Source: Callorhinchus milii (lineage: Eukaryota). From it: a stretch of DNA of 64,000 bases. Position 1 is the stretch's first letter. Each line of letters opens with the position of its first letter. The stretch lies in NCBI RefSeq assembly GCF_018977255.1, contig NW_024704742.1:90706001-90770000 (forward strand), in the 5' to 3' direction. This document shows, piece after piece, positions 50,361 to 63,907 of the stretch. The position numbers and the translations under genes were made by a program. The notes beneath the pieces are model-generated. The model was given only the letters and a program-made list of their open reading frames with translations, was not told the DNA's origin and did not search any database.

Positions 50361-52644
50361 CCCCTCCAAGCTTCCCCCTGGATCGACTCAAAGAAGTAAG
50401 GATCCTTACACATGAAATGAAGCCTCTTAGCAGCAGCTTTCCACTTCATTGTTGCCTAGACTTTCACAAGGGCATCTTGTCCATCGCAAGTGGTTCTTTG
50501 TGAACCAAGAAGTTGGGGGCACCTTTGTGTACTTGTGTATGTCTTGGTGGTGGTAGTGGTGGTGAGTAGGGCAGTGATGGAGGCAGGATGAAGCTGAATA
50601 TCTTGGCACTGTCAATTGTGGTAGCAGTTGGCACTTTTATCAGTGTTTATCTGTTTGTTCAAGGAAAACACACAGAGCATAAATCAGAAATGACTGGCAA
50701 TAACAGCCAAGCAACAGGCTAGGACAGTGCAGATGCAGATGACCAGACCACATTATTCATTGCCTTCTTGGAAACCAAAGGTTCAATAGTTAGACGTAGG
50801 GAGACCCACACTGACGTGCCCCTGATGATTTTTTCTACATTGTTCCTTTGGGCCCACATTTTCATCCTATGGCTGCTTGTGAACGTACAGCATAGAAGAG
50901 TACAGACTTATGAAGGCCATTCATTCCTTTTGCTCTGTGCATTCAGACCAGATTATTCAGAAGGTGCGAGTGTGAAATGAATGAATCAGAAAGTATCTTT
51001 CACTGAATTCTCAGCAGTTACTTTCAACACGCAGATCACCCCCTCCCTTTCCATTCCACACTCCCCTTTTAGTTCCTCGCTAGTGCCTCATGCTGTTATA
51101 ATTTCTCCTTTAACTGTGAGGACAGGATAATCTGAGCAGCTAACTCCTCCACGTCTGCAGTCCGTGTTATTCTAAGACGTCAGCCACGCTTTTGTGGGGC
51201 GATACTGGTCCTGACAGCATTCCACTCCCCATTAAGAAGAGGAACTGTACAACCTCACAGAGATCAATCTAGTGACCCAGCATTTTAAGGTTTGATTTCA
51301 CACATGGCCAGTTGAGAATCCAATGGTTAACTGCTTATTCAACTTGCACTGTTTAAAGATATGCTTTAATAATGTACTAAGCAGTGAAACACAATAACGT
51401 ATATATTTCTGTCTTAGTTCTGCCATTATGCTTATTGCGTCATTAATTTGAGGGCAATCAAAGTCCCACAGTAATATATACTCTGGTAAGATGAATGATT
51501 CTCTGATGAGGTGGAAATGTGCTGTAATATGTGGTCTGTTGGGGAAGTATTCACTTTAGCAATTTATAGGTAATACTATTCAGTTATCGGGCAAAAAGGA
51601 AGGAATTAATGAAACAGGTGGGTTTAGAATGGATTTGCTATGTCTATTTTGTAAATATTTACTTAAGAGAAATATTTAATTAGCGAGTATTGACTTAAGT
51701 GAAATTGAAGATATGTGATTTCCTGAGAGGAATACATTATTGGATTGTATATCGCAGTGTAGTCTCTTTTTAATAAATCCTACATCACAATTCAGAAGCT
51801 TTGTCAAGTGCCAAAAAAATATTCCTTGTGTACAATATTTACCCATATTGCACCCCATCATTCATAACTGAGTAAATATTGAACCACTAAAACTGTTTTT
51901 ACACTTGGTCTCAAAACAACTGGCTAATCACATTGACTGCCCTTTAGAAAGAATCATATTTGTCTAGATCTGATAGCAAGACACTGTATTTTTCAGACTT
52001 AAAAAAAATTGTTTATGGAAAACAGTGAAGTGTTCACTGGCACATATTTGGTTTAATTATCAAAGACATTCGCCGAGCAACATTTGAGATGCTGGTGATT
52101 GTCTCAATTGACAGCGAAAGAGCAGCCTGGTTTTGGCTGGGAACAACACTTTTGCTCAGACAGAGACAGCTTGAGGGCAACAAGCACCCGAGTTGCAAGT
52201 AAAAATGCAATGTGACACTTTGGAAGACGCTTCAGAACAAATATTGTAAGAAGCAACAAAAGATTGATAACAGAACTGCAGAATGTTTTAAATTCAATTA
52301 TCCAGACATTAATATTAGGGTATAATACACAGTAATCTCTCTTAATGGGATTCCTTCATAAGGAAACCGGAACTCTATCCCGCTAACTTGTGGGAATGTT
52401 GCTTCGCTGCCACTTTTTTTCAGAAAGTAGTTCCTGTGAGTCAGTGTCACGTGAGTGACGTACTTCTAGTAGTATTATTTTTTTTAATCTGCACTATTAA
52501 CATCCTATATAGCAATGCGATGACAGCTATACCTAGCAATGCCAGGCTTGACCTCAGTAACTGGAAAATCTCGTAGAATAAACCATCAAAAGCAAAATGG
52601 AAGAATACTAGGGTGAAAATAAACTAATGAATCCTATTACATAG

Positions 52645-53940
52645 CTAGAAAAAGGGTCACATCTTGCTTGATCAACCTCGTAGACTTTTTCGAGTAGATG
52701 ACATCCCTAACTGGATAGTGGGAAGCCACATGATGTAATGTACCTAGGCTTCCAAAAGGCCTTTGACAAAGTAAAGATTCAAAGGAGTGAGAGACTCCTT
52801 TGAATCTGAGGGTAGTGCATATCAAGGGTAATAGATGGACGTGGTGCAGGAGCTGCATAAATACAAGGAGCAGAGGGATGTGGACTGGCTTAAGGGTCCA
52901 TGCTGACATAAATGATCTTGATACTCAGACTGGGTGTAAGACAGTTAAATGTGTGTGTGTGTGTGTGGTGGGTGGGGGGGCGGCACTGTTGTATTAGAGG
53001 CATCAGTGAATATCTTGAAAATAGGAGGAACAAAAATAGTTCTAAAGCATTTTACATTGCTGGATGAGCACTGGAGCTGAGGGGTGGGAGCTGAGGAAGT
53101 CGGAGAGGAAAAATGACCGAAAAGACTGTCAAAGAGGTCAAATAACTTCCCAGGAGGGAAGTTGAAAGGGTTATATTAATTGACTTATTGCTCACCCTGT
53201 CCAATCAGTGTCATGCTCAGATATACAGAGCTCTGCTCAGGCCACACCTGTAGAATTTTGTATATGTGTCAGCCTGGCATAGTTAGTAGCACTCTTGCTT
53301 CTAAGACAGAAGGTAGAGGGTTCAAGCCCTATATCAGGACTCTGAATTCCCCAGTCTAGGCTGGCATTCTAATACCATCCTGGGGATATGCTGCATTGTT
53401 GGATGTGTTGTCCTTTGGATGAGACATTAAACTGCGATCCCAGTAGACTGCTCAGCAGGACATTAAAAATATCATGGCGCACTTTCAGAAGAGAAGGGAG
53501 TTTCTCCCCATATTCTGGCCAATATTACCCGAAATAAATCTGGTCATTCACTTCATGGTTGCTTGGGGACATTGCTGTGCTCAAATTAGCTGCTGTGTTT
53601 TCCTATAAATATACATTTGCTACATTTTATAGTAAATTCCTGTGAAGCATTTGGAGAGGTCCTCTCGATGTGAAAGGCACTACACCAAATGCAAGTATTA
53701 TTATGATTAATTCTGGTTGTATGAAAATTTGGGCTCAGTGCTTTAGGGGACCACCCATGATTCAGAAGCAGTATATAGTGTGGTTGTTGCTTTCTCTCCA
53801 GTTTATTGTTGAGAGAGGGGCCATCATTTATTTTAAAAGCAGGAGAAAGCAGAAGATTGGGATTAGACTAGGTGGCTCATGTGGAGAGAAACACGAGCAC
53901 AGAATTGATGTGCTAAATGGCCTGTTTCTGAGATGTAAAG
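52645..53940 (+). mobile_element. Heavily deleted ancient CR1 (RT to 3' end)
   Basis: SCLINLVDFFE, DVMYLGFQKAFDKV, INDLD, YRALLRPHL at about 53225, and terminal aatggcctgtttctg. Confidence 0.75.
53265..53705 (+). mobile_element. DeuSINE-type SINE nested in CR1
   Basis: gtcagcctggcatagttagtagcactc...gatgagacattaaac...ggggacattgctgtgctcaaatt. Confidence 0.8.
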
Positions 53941-54599
53941 CCTCATTATTCCTTGAATTAATACACATTTACAATGCTGAAAGCAATTTTAAATAGTTTC
54001 CAGCAGTGAAATAATTCAGAGCACGAAACAGCATTCATATTTCCCGCTCCAAAATTGCATTCACCCAGGGTTGAGGTGACCTCTGTATATATACAACTAC
54101 GTATATACATAGAACTCTGCTAACCCACACAGAACACCAGGTTCATTTTTAATAACGTTAGAGATAGGAGTGTAACTGGCTCATTTAATAACATTATAAA
54201 TGGTCCCTTAAAGGTTCTTGGGTGGTCCAGTAGGTTGGCCAAGAAGTTTATTTTTGAGAGGAGAGTAAATTGATTTGCACTGTCTGTATGTGTACTGTCA
54301 CTGGTAAGAACCAATTTGCTGCTCAAACCACCTCCTGAAGGTGATTTTAGCAGATGGTTTGCAAGCATAATTTGCCCTGTGTTAGTAGTGTGCTTGTGCT
54401 GCTGTAACCTCATTGAATCAACCTGAATACTGTTCCATTTTATATGGTTTGCCATTTTAGTCGGAACACTGATGAACTAATTTGATTTGGAAGAATGGTC
54501 AGTATGTCAGCGAGGAGATTGTGTACTGACGAGTGAGTGTGCAAAATTGCAAGGCAGGCTGGATAAATGTTGGAAGTACAAAAGGTGAGATGGAAGAAC

Positions 54600-54805
54600 A
54601 GAGAGGGTGAGAGGCAAAAGTGGGTAGAGGTTTGATTTGCCTGTGTATTTTGCCACAGTCCATGTCCTCTTCTGCACCAAGCTCCGTGAACCAAACACCC
54701 CCATCTTCAGTTGGTTCCATTGGTTCCTCATCCCCCAGCAATCAAGTTCAAAATCTTCAAGATATCTCACCCACACTATCTCTGCGACCTCCTTCAACCA
54801 CTCTT
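54600..54805 (+). mobile_element. Old L2 C-terminal fragment
   Basis: cattggttcctcatcccccagc...aagttcaaaatc...tatctctgcgacctcctt. Confidence 0.55.
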
Positions 54806-55509
54806 CCATTTTGTTTTGTTATTATGTGGAGGGGGAGGGACAATAACAACAAATTGCATTTGTATAGCACCTTTCATATTGAAAGGACGTTCCAATGTGC
54901 TGGGACTCTTAAGTTTATGGACTCGGGCCACTGCATTATAACAGAGATGGCTTACAGTTTAGTATTTTCGCAGTGCATTTTTAACCAATTCAATACTGGT
55001 CAAAATGTAGTAATGTTACTTTGTGCTAACTCAGGTGGACATTAAAGATATCTTGGCACTATTTGAGAAGAGAAGAAGGGAGTTTTAAGTGCTCTGAGAA
55101 GCTGCCCTGTATGAAGGCAGCTATATAAAATGCAAGTTGTTGTTGAACTGTGAGTAAAATTATTTTCTTTCTGGAATTAACACAGATGGTAATAATTCAC
55201 CATCAGAAGTTGAAGCAAGATCACTCAGGGCAGTGAGTTTACTGATTTGTCTTCCCATTTTCCATTGTTGAGATGCTAGCAGAACCTCTGGTATGGAATA
55301 GAACTAAAGGTGTGGGATTAAATGGCATTTAGGGAAATGGGGAAGCAACAAAGGCAAAGCAGGTGCTCCATGTGTAACCAATCATATTTAGCATCCTCTG
55401 CTCAGTGGCTGTACATTGCATATTTCTGGGCTGGAAACCAATAAATGATCATTTCAATATTCTGATTGTTAGTCATCCCCTCCTTCCCCATTTTCCAAGA
55501 TTATATTAT

Positions 55510-55710
55510 TTTAATTAATAATAATTACAATGCACTTGATAGCACCTTTCACATCTCAAAGAGCTGCACAGGATTTACTGTAAGGTGTAGTGGCTGTGTA
55601 TTTTGTAGGTGCATGCAGGCAGCCAATTTGTGCAGAACAACATCCCAAAACAGCTATGGAGTGAATGATCAATTTTATTTGGGGGATTGTTGGCCAGCCT
55701 ACCAGGGAAA
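55510..55710 (-). mobile_element. DeuSINE 3' fragment; further fragments at 55020-55145 and 56060-56185 on plus
   Basis: gcagccaatttgtgcagaacaacatcccaaaacagc. Confidence 0.6.
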
Positions 55711-57529
55711 AACTGCCTTGATAGATGGAACAAGAGCAACCAAGTGGAAGAGGATGAAGGCATTGATCACATTTTGGATGTTACCCTTCATCAAAATTAT
55801 ATTGGCTGGTGCGGGAAGCCCTTTTATACCTGAATTCGGTGGAAAATTCAGACCCCAAATGTTAGTATAATGTTCATAATTGTTAGCATGGGTTTCTCAA
55901 GTAAGAAATCCGAGTGGAGAACTCATCTGGTAACTGAAGTATGTCACCTACGTCATTCAGATGAGAGAAATTCCACTCCCCCCCACCCCCCCCAAACACA
56001 TGCACACTGAGAACTGAGATAATAGATCGTATTTGAGTGATTTTTCCCACTGATCACGTTACGGATTTCTGTCTTTTGTCTACAAAACAGTCACTAAAAT
56101 TTACAGTGTACCCTTGTTAAGCGCTTTGATGCTCCAAACATGATGTGAACGGCACTATGTCAAATACACGGATTCTTATTATTAATCACAAAAGCTGTCA
56201 AGAAACACAACAAAATTGACCCTGAGTATGTCAATTGGAGTTGAAAAGTAATTGAAGCTTTATTTTGCGCTTGAAATCAAAAATATTCTTTTTATGTTTT
56301 CCTCTAACTTTAGTACATTGGCACTAAACCACACCTATTCACACAGGTCCTCACAGGCCTCATTAAAAAGAGGGCACAAGCATTTTTCACGTTTTAATTG
56401 AATGCAGCAGCATCTCATGCACATCATTCAAAGGCTGCCACGCAGACGCAAACTTTCATTACTCACACGCATTGCTCTACCTGCTTAATCTGAAATGTCA
56501 CTTCTATTGTCAGTATTATTGATGAAGAATTTGCTTTAGATCTTAAAAGTGGGGCCGCTAAATAACACTGTCCTTTGCCAAGCGGAAACTGTGCTTTTTT
56601 TTTATTTTACAAAATGTTTGGCTGGTTCAAAGCTTCAGTGTAAGGCAATTCCCCCCCACCACCCCCACCCTCATCTCACACACATACACTTATCTTTTGA
56701 CACTGCATTTTAGAATTTACTGTGCCTCTGCCTTTTCTGAGGTTTTACATCTGATGGTGTTGGTGATGCACTGATTTGCGGGTTGGCGGGTGGAGAGAGG
56801 AGAGAGATTGCTCTCCTCAGAGTCCTGGGAAGCGGACACAGTGACATTTGCAAAGAGCAGTTTACTCATCCCAAGCGCCAGTGCAAACTGAAGAGAATTC
56901 CACTGCATATCTAGGCTTCCAATTTCATCAGAAAGGTAGGGAATATTGCAAATGACATGAGCAAATCAACTGTAAATAGATGATAATTTGATTGACATCT
57001 GGAAGGCTGTCACTGGCTGAACAGCCCATATCAGGAACATTTACTGAGTGCACAGGCAGCTTTCAAGCAAATCACTTTTTGTCCAGTGGGGCTCGGCCAG
57101 ATTATAATTGCATGTCCTCCCCTTCATTGCAAATTCCCTGTTACCCTTAGCAGCAGTGTCTCATTTGAAGGAAGGATGTCTCCTAAATATTCACAACATC
57201 TTGTGTTAACCCCTTTTCATTTCTCGAAGATGAGCGCTTGCTGCATTAACCCTGCAGATGCTAAATTTCCTTGTGAAGGTTGCTGAGGATAAAAACAATT
57301 ACTTTCACCCTACATTGAAATCAGAAAGCCACAACAAGAGGAAAATCACTGCTGCATATTAGAGTAATAACAGTACTTTAATTGTGATGAAACCACCGGT
57401 GTTTATTTTTAGTGAGCTTTTTGTCAGGTTATTTCACTTTTGAGTGAAGAAAACACAGCTGATCACTTACTCCAGAATCTACAAGGCAATGTCAATGTTT
57501 TGGCACTGCAAATAAAACAACTACTGTAT

Positions 57530-57636
57530 TGTTTTGCCCACAAAATATACAGTCAATTCACTTTACAGTATATTCTGTGAAGCGCTTTGTGATGTCTCGG
57601 TGACATACATATCAAATGCAAGGATTATTATTATTG
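57530..57636 (+). mobile_element. SINE 3' fragment
   Basis: gcccacaaaatatacagtcaattcactttacag...(att)n. Confidence 0.85.
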
Positions 57637-58044
57637 TTTAGTGTGGCATGAACAGAGTTGGTCTCATGCGCACATTGGTAACTGTGGCTACTGGCAGCCA
57701 TTACGACTGCCTGGTCCATAACTAAAATGTGTGAAATGAGAAAAGCTGTTCAGCCCAACCCCTCCATAGGACGTGCAAAGCTTGCCCTGTTGTGAACTTC
57801 ACCCACACTATCTTCAGAGGGGAAACTCCACACTCTGTACACTCTAATTTGCAATTCCTTCAAAGATCACATCTGCCTCCCTTTTCCCCCCTTCTCCCAC
57901 TCTCTCTCACACACACATGCGCACAACCAACCCAGAAACGACTGATCATATGCAATACATGTTCATTATAGGAAAGTCGTTTGACCCAATTGATCTCACT
58001 CTTCCAGAATATCCACTTTATTGTCCTCCTATTGTCCTCAGTAA

Positions 58045-58422
58045 CTCCTGTAGCTCATGATTAGAGCACTCGCCTCGCAAACGAGAAACCTGGGTTTGAT
58101 TCCTGCCCAGGCGAAATGTTGGGCAAGTTTCCTTACTCCACACTCCTCTGTATACCTGACAGTAAGTAGAAATCTGATTGTTAGTTGATCGGCAGATCAC
58201 TTTTCCGGGGATAATAATTCTTCAAAGAAAATAATAACAAATTGGTCACTTCGATCCATCACTGTTTGTGGGACTGCGGTGTGCCATTGGCTGCCTCGTT
58301 TCTCCCACAAAATATACAGTCAATTCACTTTACAGTATATTCTATGAAGCGCTTTGAGACGTCTTGAAGACGTGATAAGGCGCGATATCAAATGCAAGGA
58401 TTATTATTGTTGTTATTACTAT
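58045..58422 (+). mobile_element. Long-form tRNA SINE inserted in an ancient minus-strand CR1 3' end (57970-58630)
   Basis: CR1 sequence ttgatctcactcttccagaa lies left of the SINE and resumes as atcaagctgtttcttaaatga on the right. Confidence 0.88.
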
Positions 58423-59064
58423 TATCAAGCTGTTTCTTAAATGAGTCAAAGCCAATTTTCCTGATACCCCATTTCCAGCTCTTGATTACCCTCTGTTGAA
58501 GGCAATTCTTCCAGGTTCTGAAATTGATCTTCACAGCCAGGAACCTGTACCCTTCTGTCCTGCTGTCTTGGTGTTTCAGAAAATAAGTTCTGGGTTTACT
58601 TTCTCTATTTTAGAAACATATAAAAGATCCCCTATCAGCTGTTGGAGGCATATTTACTATTGGAAACTTTTAATTGTAGACCAATGTCCTATGATTCTAT
58701 TCTCATAACCTAATCACAGAGCCTGCTTCAATATCTCTGCGATTTTAAAGACCTAGATCAGGTCTACACCCCCATTAACAGGAGGGAGTTTAGTTTTTTC
58801 AATTTCTCCTCAGAACAGAGCTTTCAGCCCCAGAAACTTCCTGGTTCAAAATGTATTTTCACTTGCAGAATGTGATAAATTGATAGTTATGTACTGTACA
58901 AGCAGCCGACCTGCTAATATTTGGAATGGGGACCTCGACTTTCATCCAACAGTTTTTTGACTTTTTCACGCATTAGAAAGACAACAACAACAGGACCAGA
59001 TAAAGAGAGAAGATAAATAGTGCACAGTTCCACTCTACATTATCAACAGACTCAAGAGCATAGG

Positions 59065-59475
59065 TGGCAGGCTGGCTCAGTTGAAAGCACTCTTGCCTCT
59101 TGAGTCAGAGGTTGTGGGTTCAAGTCCCACGTTGGGACTGTGAATTCAGTATAGACCGACACTTCAGTGCAGTACTGGAGGTGCGCTGCATTGTTGGAAA
59201 TATTGTCCTTTGAATGAGATGTTAAACCGAGGTCTGTCTGCCTATGCAGTGGACATTAGCGATTCCCTGGCACTATTTAAAAAAAGTAGTGAATTTCTCC
59301 CTGTATCCTGGCCCACAATACCAGCTATGTTTGGTCACTCACTTCATGATTATTTGTGGGACTTTTCAAATTGCCTACATAATACTCAATCAATGTACTT
59401 TACAGCAAATTCTATGAGGTGCTTTGCAATATCCTGCCGACGTGAAACACGCAAAATCAAATGCAAGGATTATTG
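59065..59475 (+). mobile_element. Near full-length DeuSINE-type SINE
   Basis: ggctcagttgaaagcactcttgcctcttgagtcagaggttgtgggttcaagtccc...gagatgttaaaccgagg. Confidence 0.85.
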
Positions 59476-60163
59476 CTACAGTACCTTTTGAGCAGATGAA
59501 TGATAACATACACCATACAGTGCAATCAATAATTTCAAAGACAGTCTTGTAGTTACCTTTTGTATGTCACTTAGTGCCACAGTTTTTGTGAGACTGTGGG
59601 GAATTATTATTGTTTCATGTACACCGTTCAGTTGTGATGCTTCACAACTTTAGATTTACAATTGTACTTGCAAGCAAAAATATCATCTAGATCATTCAAC
59701 TACAGTTACAAAGTCTGTAGTCAGCATTCCCTTTAACTCTCATGGCAAGGTAATTCCTATGCTTAAAATCTGGTGAGAGGGGAAAGAAGATCAAAGTACT
59801 ATATCGTATATAAAAAATAAGTACATAGGAAGGAGATAAAGGCTGTAATTTACTTCTTAGATTCATATAGCATTGCTGAACTAGCATATGATATCCTCGA
59901 TTGGATTACTACATTGTAACTCCCTCCCAGCTAGTTCGCTCTTTTAATGTATCAAATAAAAGAGCAAAAAGATAGCTCAGATGAAGGAATCGCTTGGAGT
60001 TTAAGGCACACGTTTCATGGTGTGCTTTACCTTTTATCTTTGCCATTGATTTGGCCCAAACCAGAGGGTCTCATGTGAAGAAATTAGAAACAAAACACAG
60101 AAGAAAATACCAGAGTCGCCTAGTTTTTTTGTGTTCGATTATGAAGATAAGAAACAAACTGCA

Positions 60164-60390
60164 TCAAAGGGCTTGCGCCTTAAAGGCGTAGGTGAAATCC
60201 ACATGTTTCTGACGGGTCTGTGACATCTCTGGGTTTGAAGGTGATATATCTTTTGGAAGCTGTTTGCAGAAAGCATCATTATCTGTGTGATGTTTCAGCA
60301 ACTCTGAATCCGGAATCTGTATGGAACCTACCAAATAATACTGCAGGGTCTCGAATATTGATTCACCTCTGAGCCTGAAAGTATTGGCTT
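60164..60390 (-). CDS. Candidate terminal coding exon of an unidentified minus-strand gene
   Basis: Acceptor cccccatattttgcag, phase 1, open for 75 codons to TGA (EANTFRLRG...YAFKAQAL). Confidence 0.2.
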
Positions 60391-60584
60391 CTGCAAAATA
60401 TGGGGGTGGGGGGGGTAGAAAAATTCCTCCATAATTACAAAATATATCCTGAAATTTTTGCCAGGGTTTATGCACATCCCACTGATCCCATTGTTTCCCA
60501 TGATATTGCAGGTTCATACCTGGTCCTTGGTGTGAAATTGCTTCACTTTTGTGAGAAAGAGCCCATTATGTATCAAGGCATGAC

Positions 60585-60750
60585 TTAAAACGTACCTCTT
60601 TGACCGTGCTTTCGGCCACCTTCCCACCCCCACCCCCACCACTTCCCTCAACTCCCACGTCCAGCTCGTGTGTCCATCCAGAATTTATAAGCACTTTGGA
60701 ACATCCTCCTGATGTGAACGGTGTTACGTAAATGTAAATTGTATTGTATT
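60585..60750 (+). mobile_element. Old L2 3' end
   Basis: aaaacgtacctctttgaccgtgctttc...catcctcctgatgtgaacggtg. Confidence 0.7.
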
Positions 60751-62391
60751 AGATTTGTCTTTGATATATTCATTTTACACTTGAGCAGAAAAACAGAGCT
60801 GATCACTCTTCAGCATGAAACACTCTGCAGTTTTCATCATGATCATTGATAGATAAGATGGCCACAATGACTGAGCTGAGACAATTAGCTCATTTATAAA
60901 ATCGGGCTCATTTACTGGTGCTCATTCTTTGGATAATTAATAATAATAAATATCAATAATAATCCTTGCATTGATATAGCACCTTATCATTTCTACCCCA
61001 ACGCACACTCAGGTTCTTAAGACTTGGCTCTTGCCAACCTGTGCCTAATACTTTACGGAAATAGGAAAGAAGGATGGGTCCCTCTGGAGAGAGAGTGCGC
61101 ATTCCATTCCAACAATCTATCTCTGGGATTTCCACGTGTAGTTGGGATGCATGGAAGCCTCAGCTTGGTTTGGCAATTCTTAAGCATGGTGATGAGTTTC
61201 CGCATGTGCCAGACAGCCGGCTGACCCCCCAAAAATCCAGATCCTCAAAGCACTTCACAAGATATAGTGTATATATGGACGAATGCAACAGCCAACTTGC
61301 ACACAGCTTCTGTCGGGGACTGTGAACTCAAAGTCCTCGACATCCTCTAACCCGAAGGTGAGAGTGCTACTAACATTTGATGATGGTCTTGCGAGCTGCA
61401 TTTTGACATGATTCTCCTTCAGTTTGTGATACTCAATCAGGATTTAGCGTGTGTTTCACTTCGAGCAGAACAGTTTTGCAGGACAACTCTAGCTCACTGT
61501 GTAATGTAGGACTTCCCACTTAATTGCACAGTTACTGTAGTTTAATGCATTTTCTATTTTAATTGCATAGGAGTCGAAAGCCTTGAGTTCTTTCATCTGT
61601 AATTCCCCTTAAAAATGTAAGCTGCAAAGTGAAACCATTTCTGCGTATAAACTGATTATTTACATAAGGAGTTGGGCTTAAAATGAATTCCCAACCATTT
61701 ATTTGCATGTTTTGTCAGAACTTGGTCTACTGATCTAACTTGCCTCAAACTGCAGACTGAGTTGATGGACAGCATCGCAGAACACACCTTTTTAGATCTC
61801 AAAAATGCAGCAAGGAAATGAATTGAAAATTAAAGCACGTCATTATTTCACTCGTAATATTTTTGACTAATCCCCCATTCATGTAACTGCAGATCACTTA
61901 ATTAAATAAGCTGCTTGATGGATAAAAGTCCACAATCAATGTTGTACAGTTAAGTGGGAGGTACAGTTTAGAGCTAGTTTGGGCTTTCTGTTTGTTCAGT
62001 TTGATAAGTACAAATTAATTACTAGTATCCACAGACTTTCCCAGCTTCCTATGTTGGGGAGGGGGGAAGGAACAATGGAAGTGAGTGCAGACTGAGATAA
62101 CAAGCGCTGTGACGCAATTAAAATGCAAGTTTACAGGTCACATGACCCGTAGAAGGATATTACAAGGTTATTCAAGGCAGTGATATTACAGGTTGTTCAT
62201 ATTGTACCTATAATAACCAGGGCAAAACGTGCAGCCAGTAGGTCGCACTGAATTATGCATGTGGTGGAGATTAAAGGTTATTTATGGAGGTTGTGCTGGC
62301 ATAAGGGTTTGGTGCCATATCTGGAAACAGCACCCAGCCCGTGCATCTCTGGAGCAATTTAACCTGATATTTAATCAGATTTAATCCCCCC

Positions 62392-62555
62392 CAAAAATGG
62401 GGTCAGTCAATCCACGACTGTTTGTGCAACACTGCTGTGTGCAATTGGCTGCTGTGTTTCGTCCACAAATCCACTTTACAATATTTTCTGTGAAGCACTT
62501 TGAGATGTCTCAACAACTTGATGAGGTGCTATATCAAATGGAAGGATTATTATTC
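62392..62555 (+). mobile_element. SINE 3' half
   Basis: ggtcagtcaatccacgactgtttgtg...aaatggaaggattatta. Confidence 0.8.
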
Positions 62556-63338
62556 TTTACACATTCACTCAACTGCTCGCACACCCAAAATTGTTTTAAG
62601 TTTTAATTGTTATAAGTTTTGGGGTCGAGCCTCAGTCCTCATGTGACTGATCTGATAGCCATATTCTGGAGAAAAGGATAAAGGTTTTAAATTTAAAAGC
62701 ACCAGCTGTAACACCTGGCTCTGAATTCCACCGAGCCTTTGCCTGCATAACCATTTTATCTTAAAATTCGACATCGTGCTGAATGTTGGAAATGTCTGAA
62801 TTTGGAAGACGATTTCTTTTTAACAACTGCGAGATTAACGGCTTCCAAATTAAGACTGAATTGAAGCATGTTCTGTGCAATCCTCAATTTTAGAGCAAAA
62901 CAGCCTTACAGGGTAAAACTTCGGCAGCATTTTGGACTTCAAGTTAAGCTGTGGCAAGGTGGAGAGTTTCTGCTTGAATCAGGATGGAGTAACTATAGGT
63001 TGTTCTGAGGAACATCAAACCAATAATGTGTGGAGGATATACTGATCAAATTTAGGGTTCCATTCCCAGTGGCATCGCAGTGTCTGAAAGAACTATCACT
63101 GTGGGCAGGCCATATCCCACATGCTATAGAAAGTGTTCTTCTTGTTGCAGACTTTGATTTCCTATACATCACCCCCTTTCAACTCAAAGTTATGTAACTA
63201 TTTGCCATTCACTGTAGAAAGCAAACATGCAATGATAAAATCAATTGAGAATTAAAGTAAAGCATGATTTCACTAGTTATGTTTCCTACGGTACACTAGT
63301 GAGGTCAGGGTCACCTGTCAGTCACTGTAATGTTATAC

Positions 63339-63488
63339 CAGCAAGGTCCCACTGCAACTCTATGTCTATCATTACTATTCCATTTTTAACTGGTAGGCCT
63401 GTTTCATTAATCCTGATTGGGTGACATTCTGCAGAGGATGTGGTTTCCTGGGCTGGCTTCTCAGGATTGACTTGTTCCCCTGTGTTTA
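63339..63488 (-). CDS. Candidate 150-nt internal exon, phase 1 to 1
   Basis: tatgcag|TAAACAC...GCTG|gtataa with open frame VNTGEQVNPEKPAQETTSS...WDLA; both splice sites are weak. Confidence 0.15.
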
Positions 63489-63907
63489 CTGCATACATCA
63501 AAACAACTGAAGTACTGTATTGTAAATCCTATGGGGTGGGGTTAACGAAGAAGAATTGACTTTAGGATGCATCGGGGAGAAAAAGTTGGAAAGGAATTTA
63601 AGTTTACGATATATATGTTTTTAAACGTTTTAATATCGAAGGATTCTGGGAAACTGAAGTTTCCAAGAAAATAAACTGACTTTTACTAAAGGGCCCTTTC
63701 AGCTCACTCACAGTTTGCAATTGGGACGAACTCCGCTAACGTAGAATTACTTATACCAAACTGAATAAAGTAATGTTTTGTTACATTGGGCTGAAATTTC
63801 CAGCGTTTCATAAAGGTGATATGAAACAGCTCCAATATTAAGTTTTTCCCTGAGGCAACACCAGAGGCCGAACATCCCTCTGAGTTCGAGAGAACAATTT
63901 CACTCAC

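Noticed and set aside
60520-60545. Minus-strand micro-exon ending CAG|gtatga
   Set aside because: Poor acceptor, and the best candidate gives an incompatible phase.
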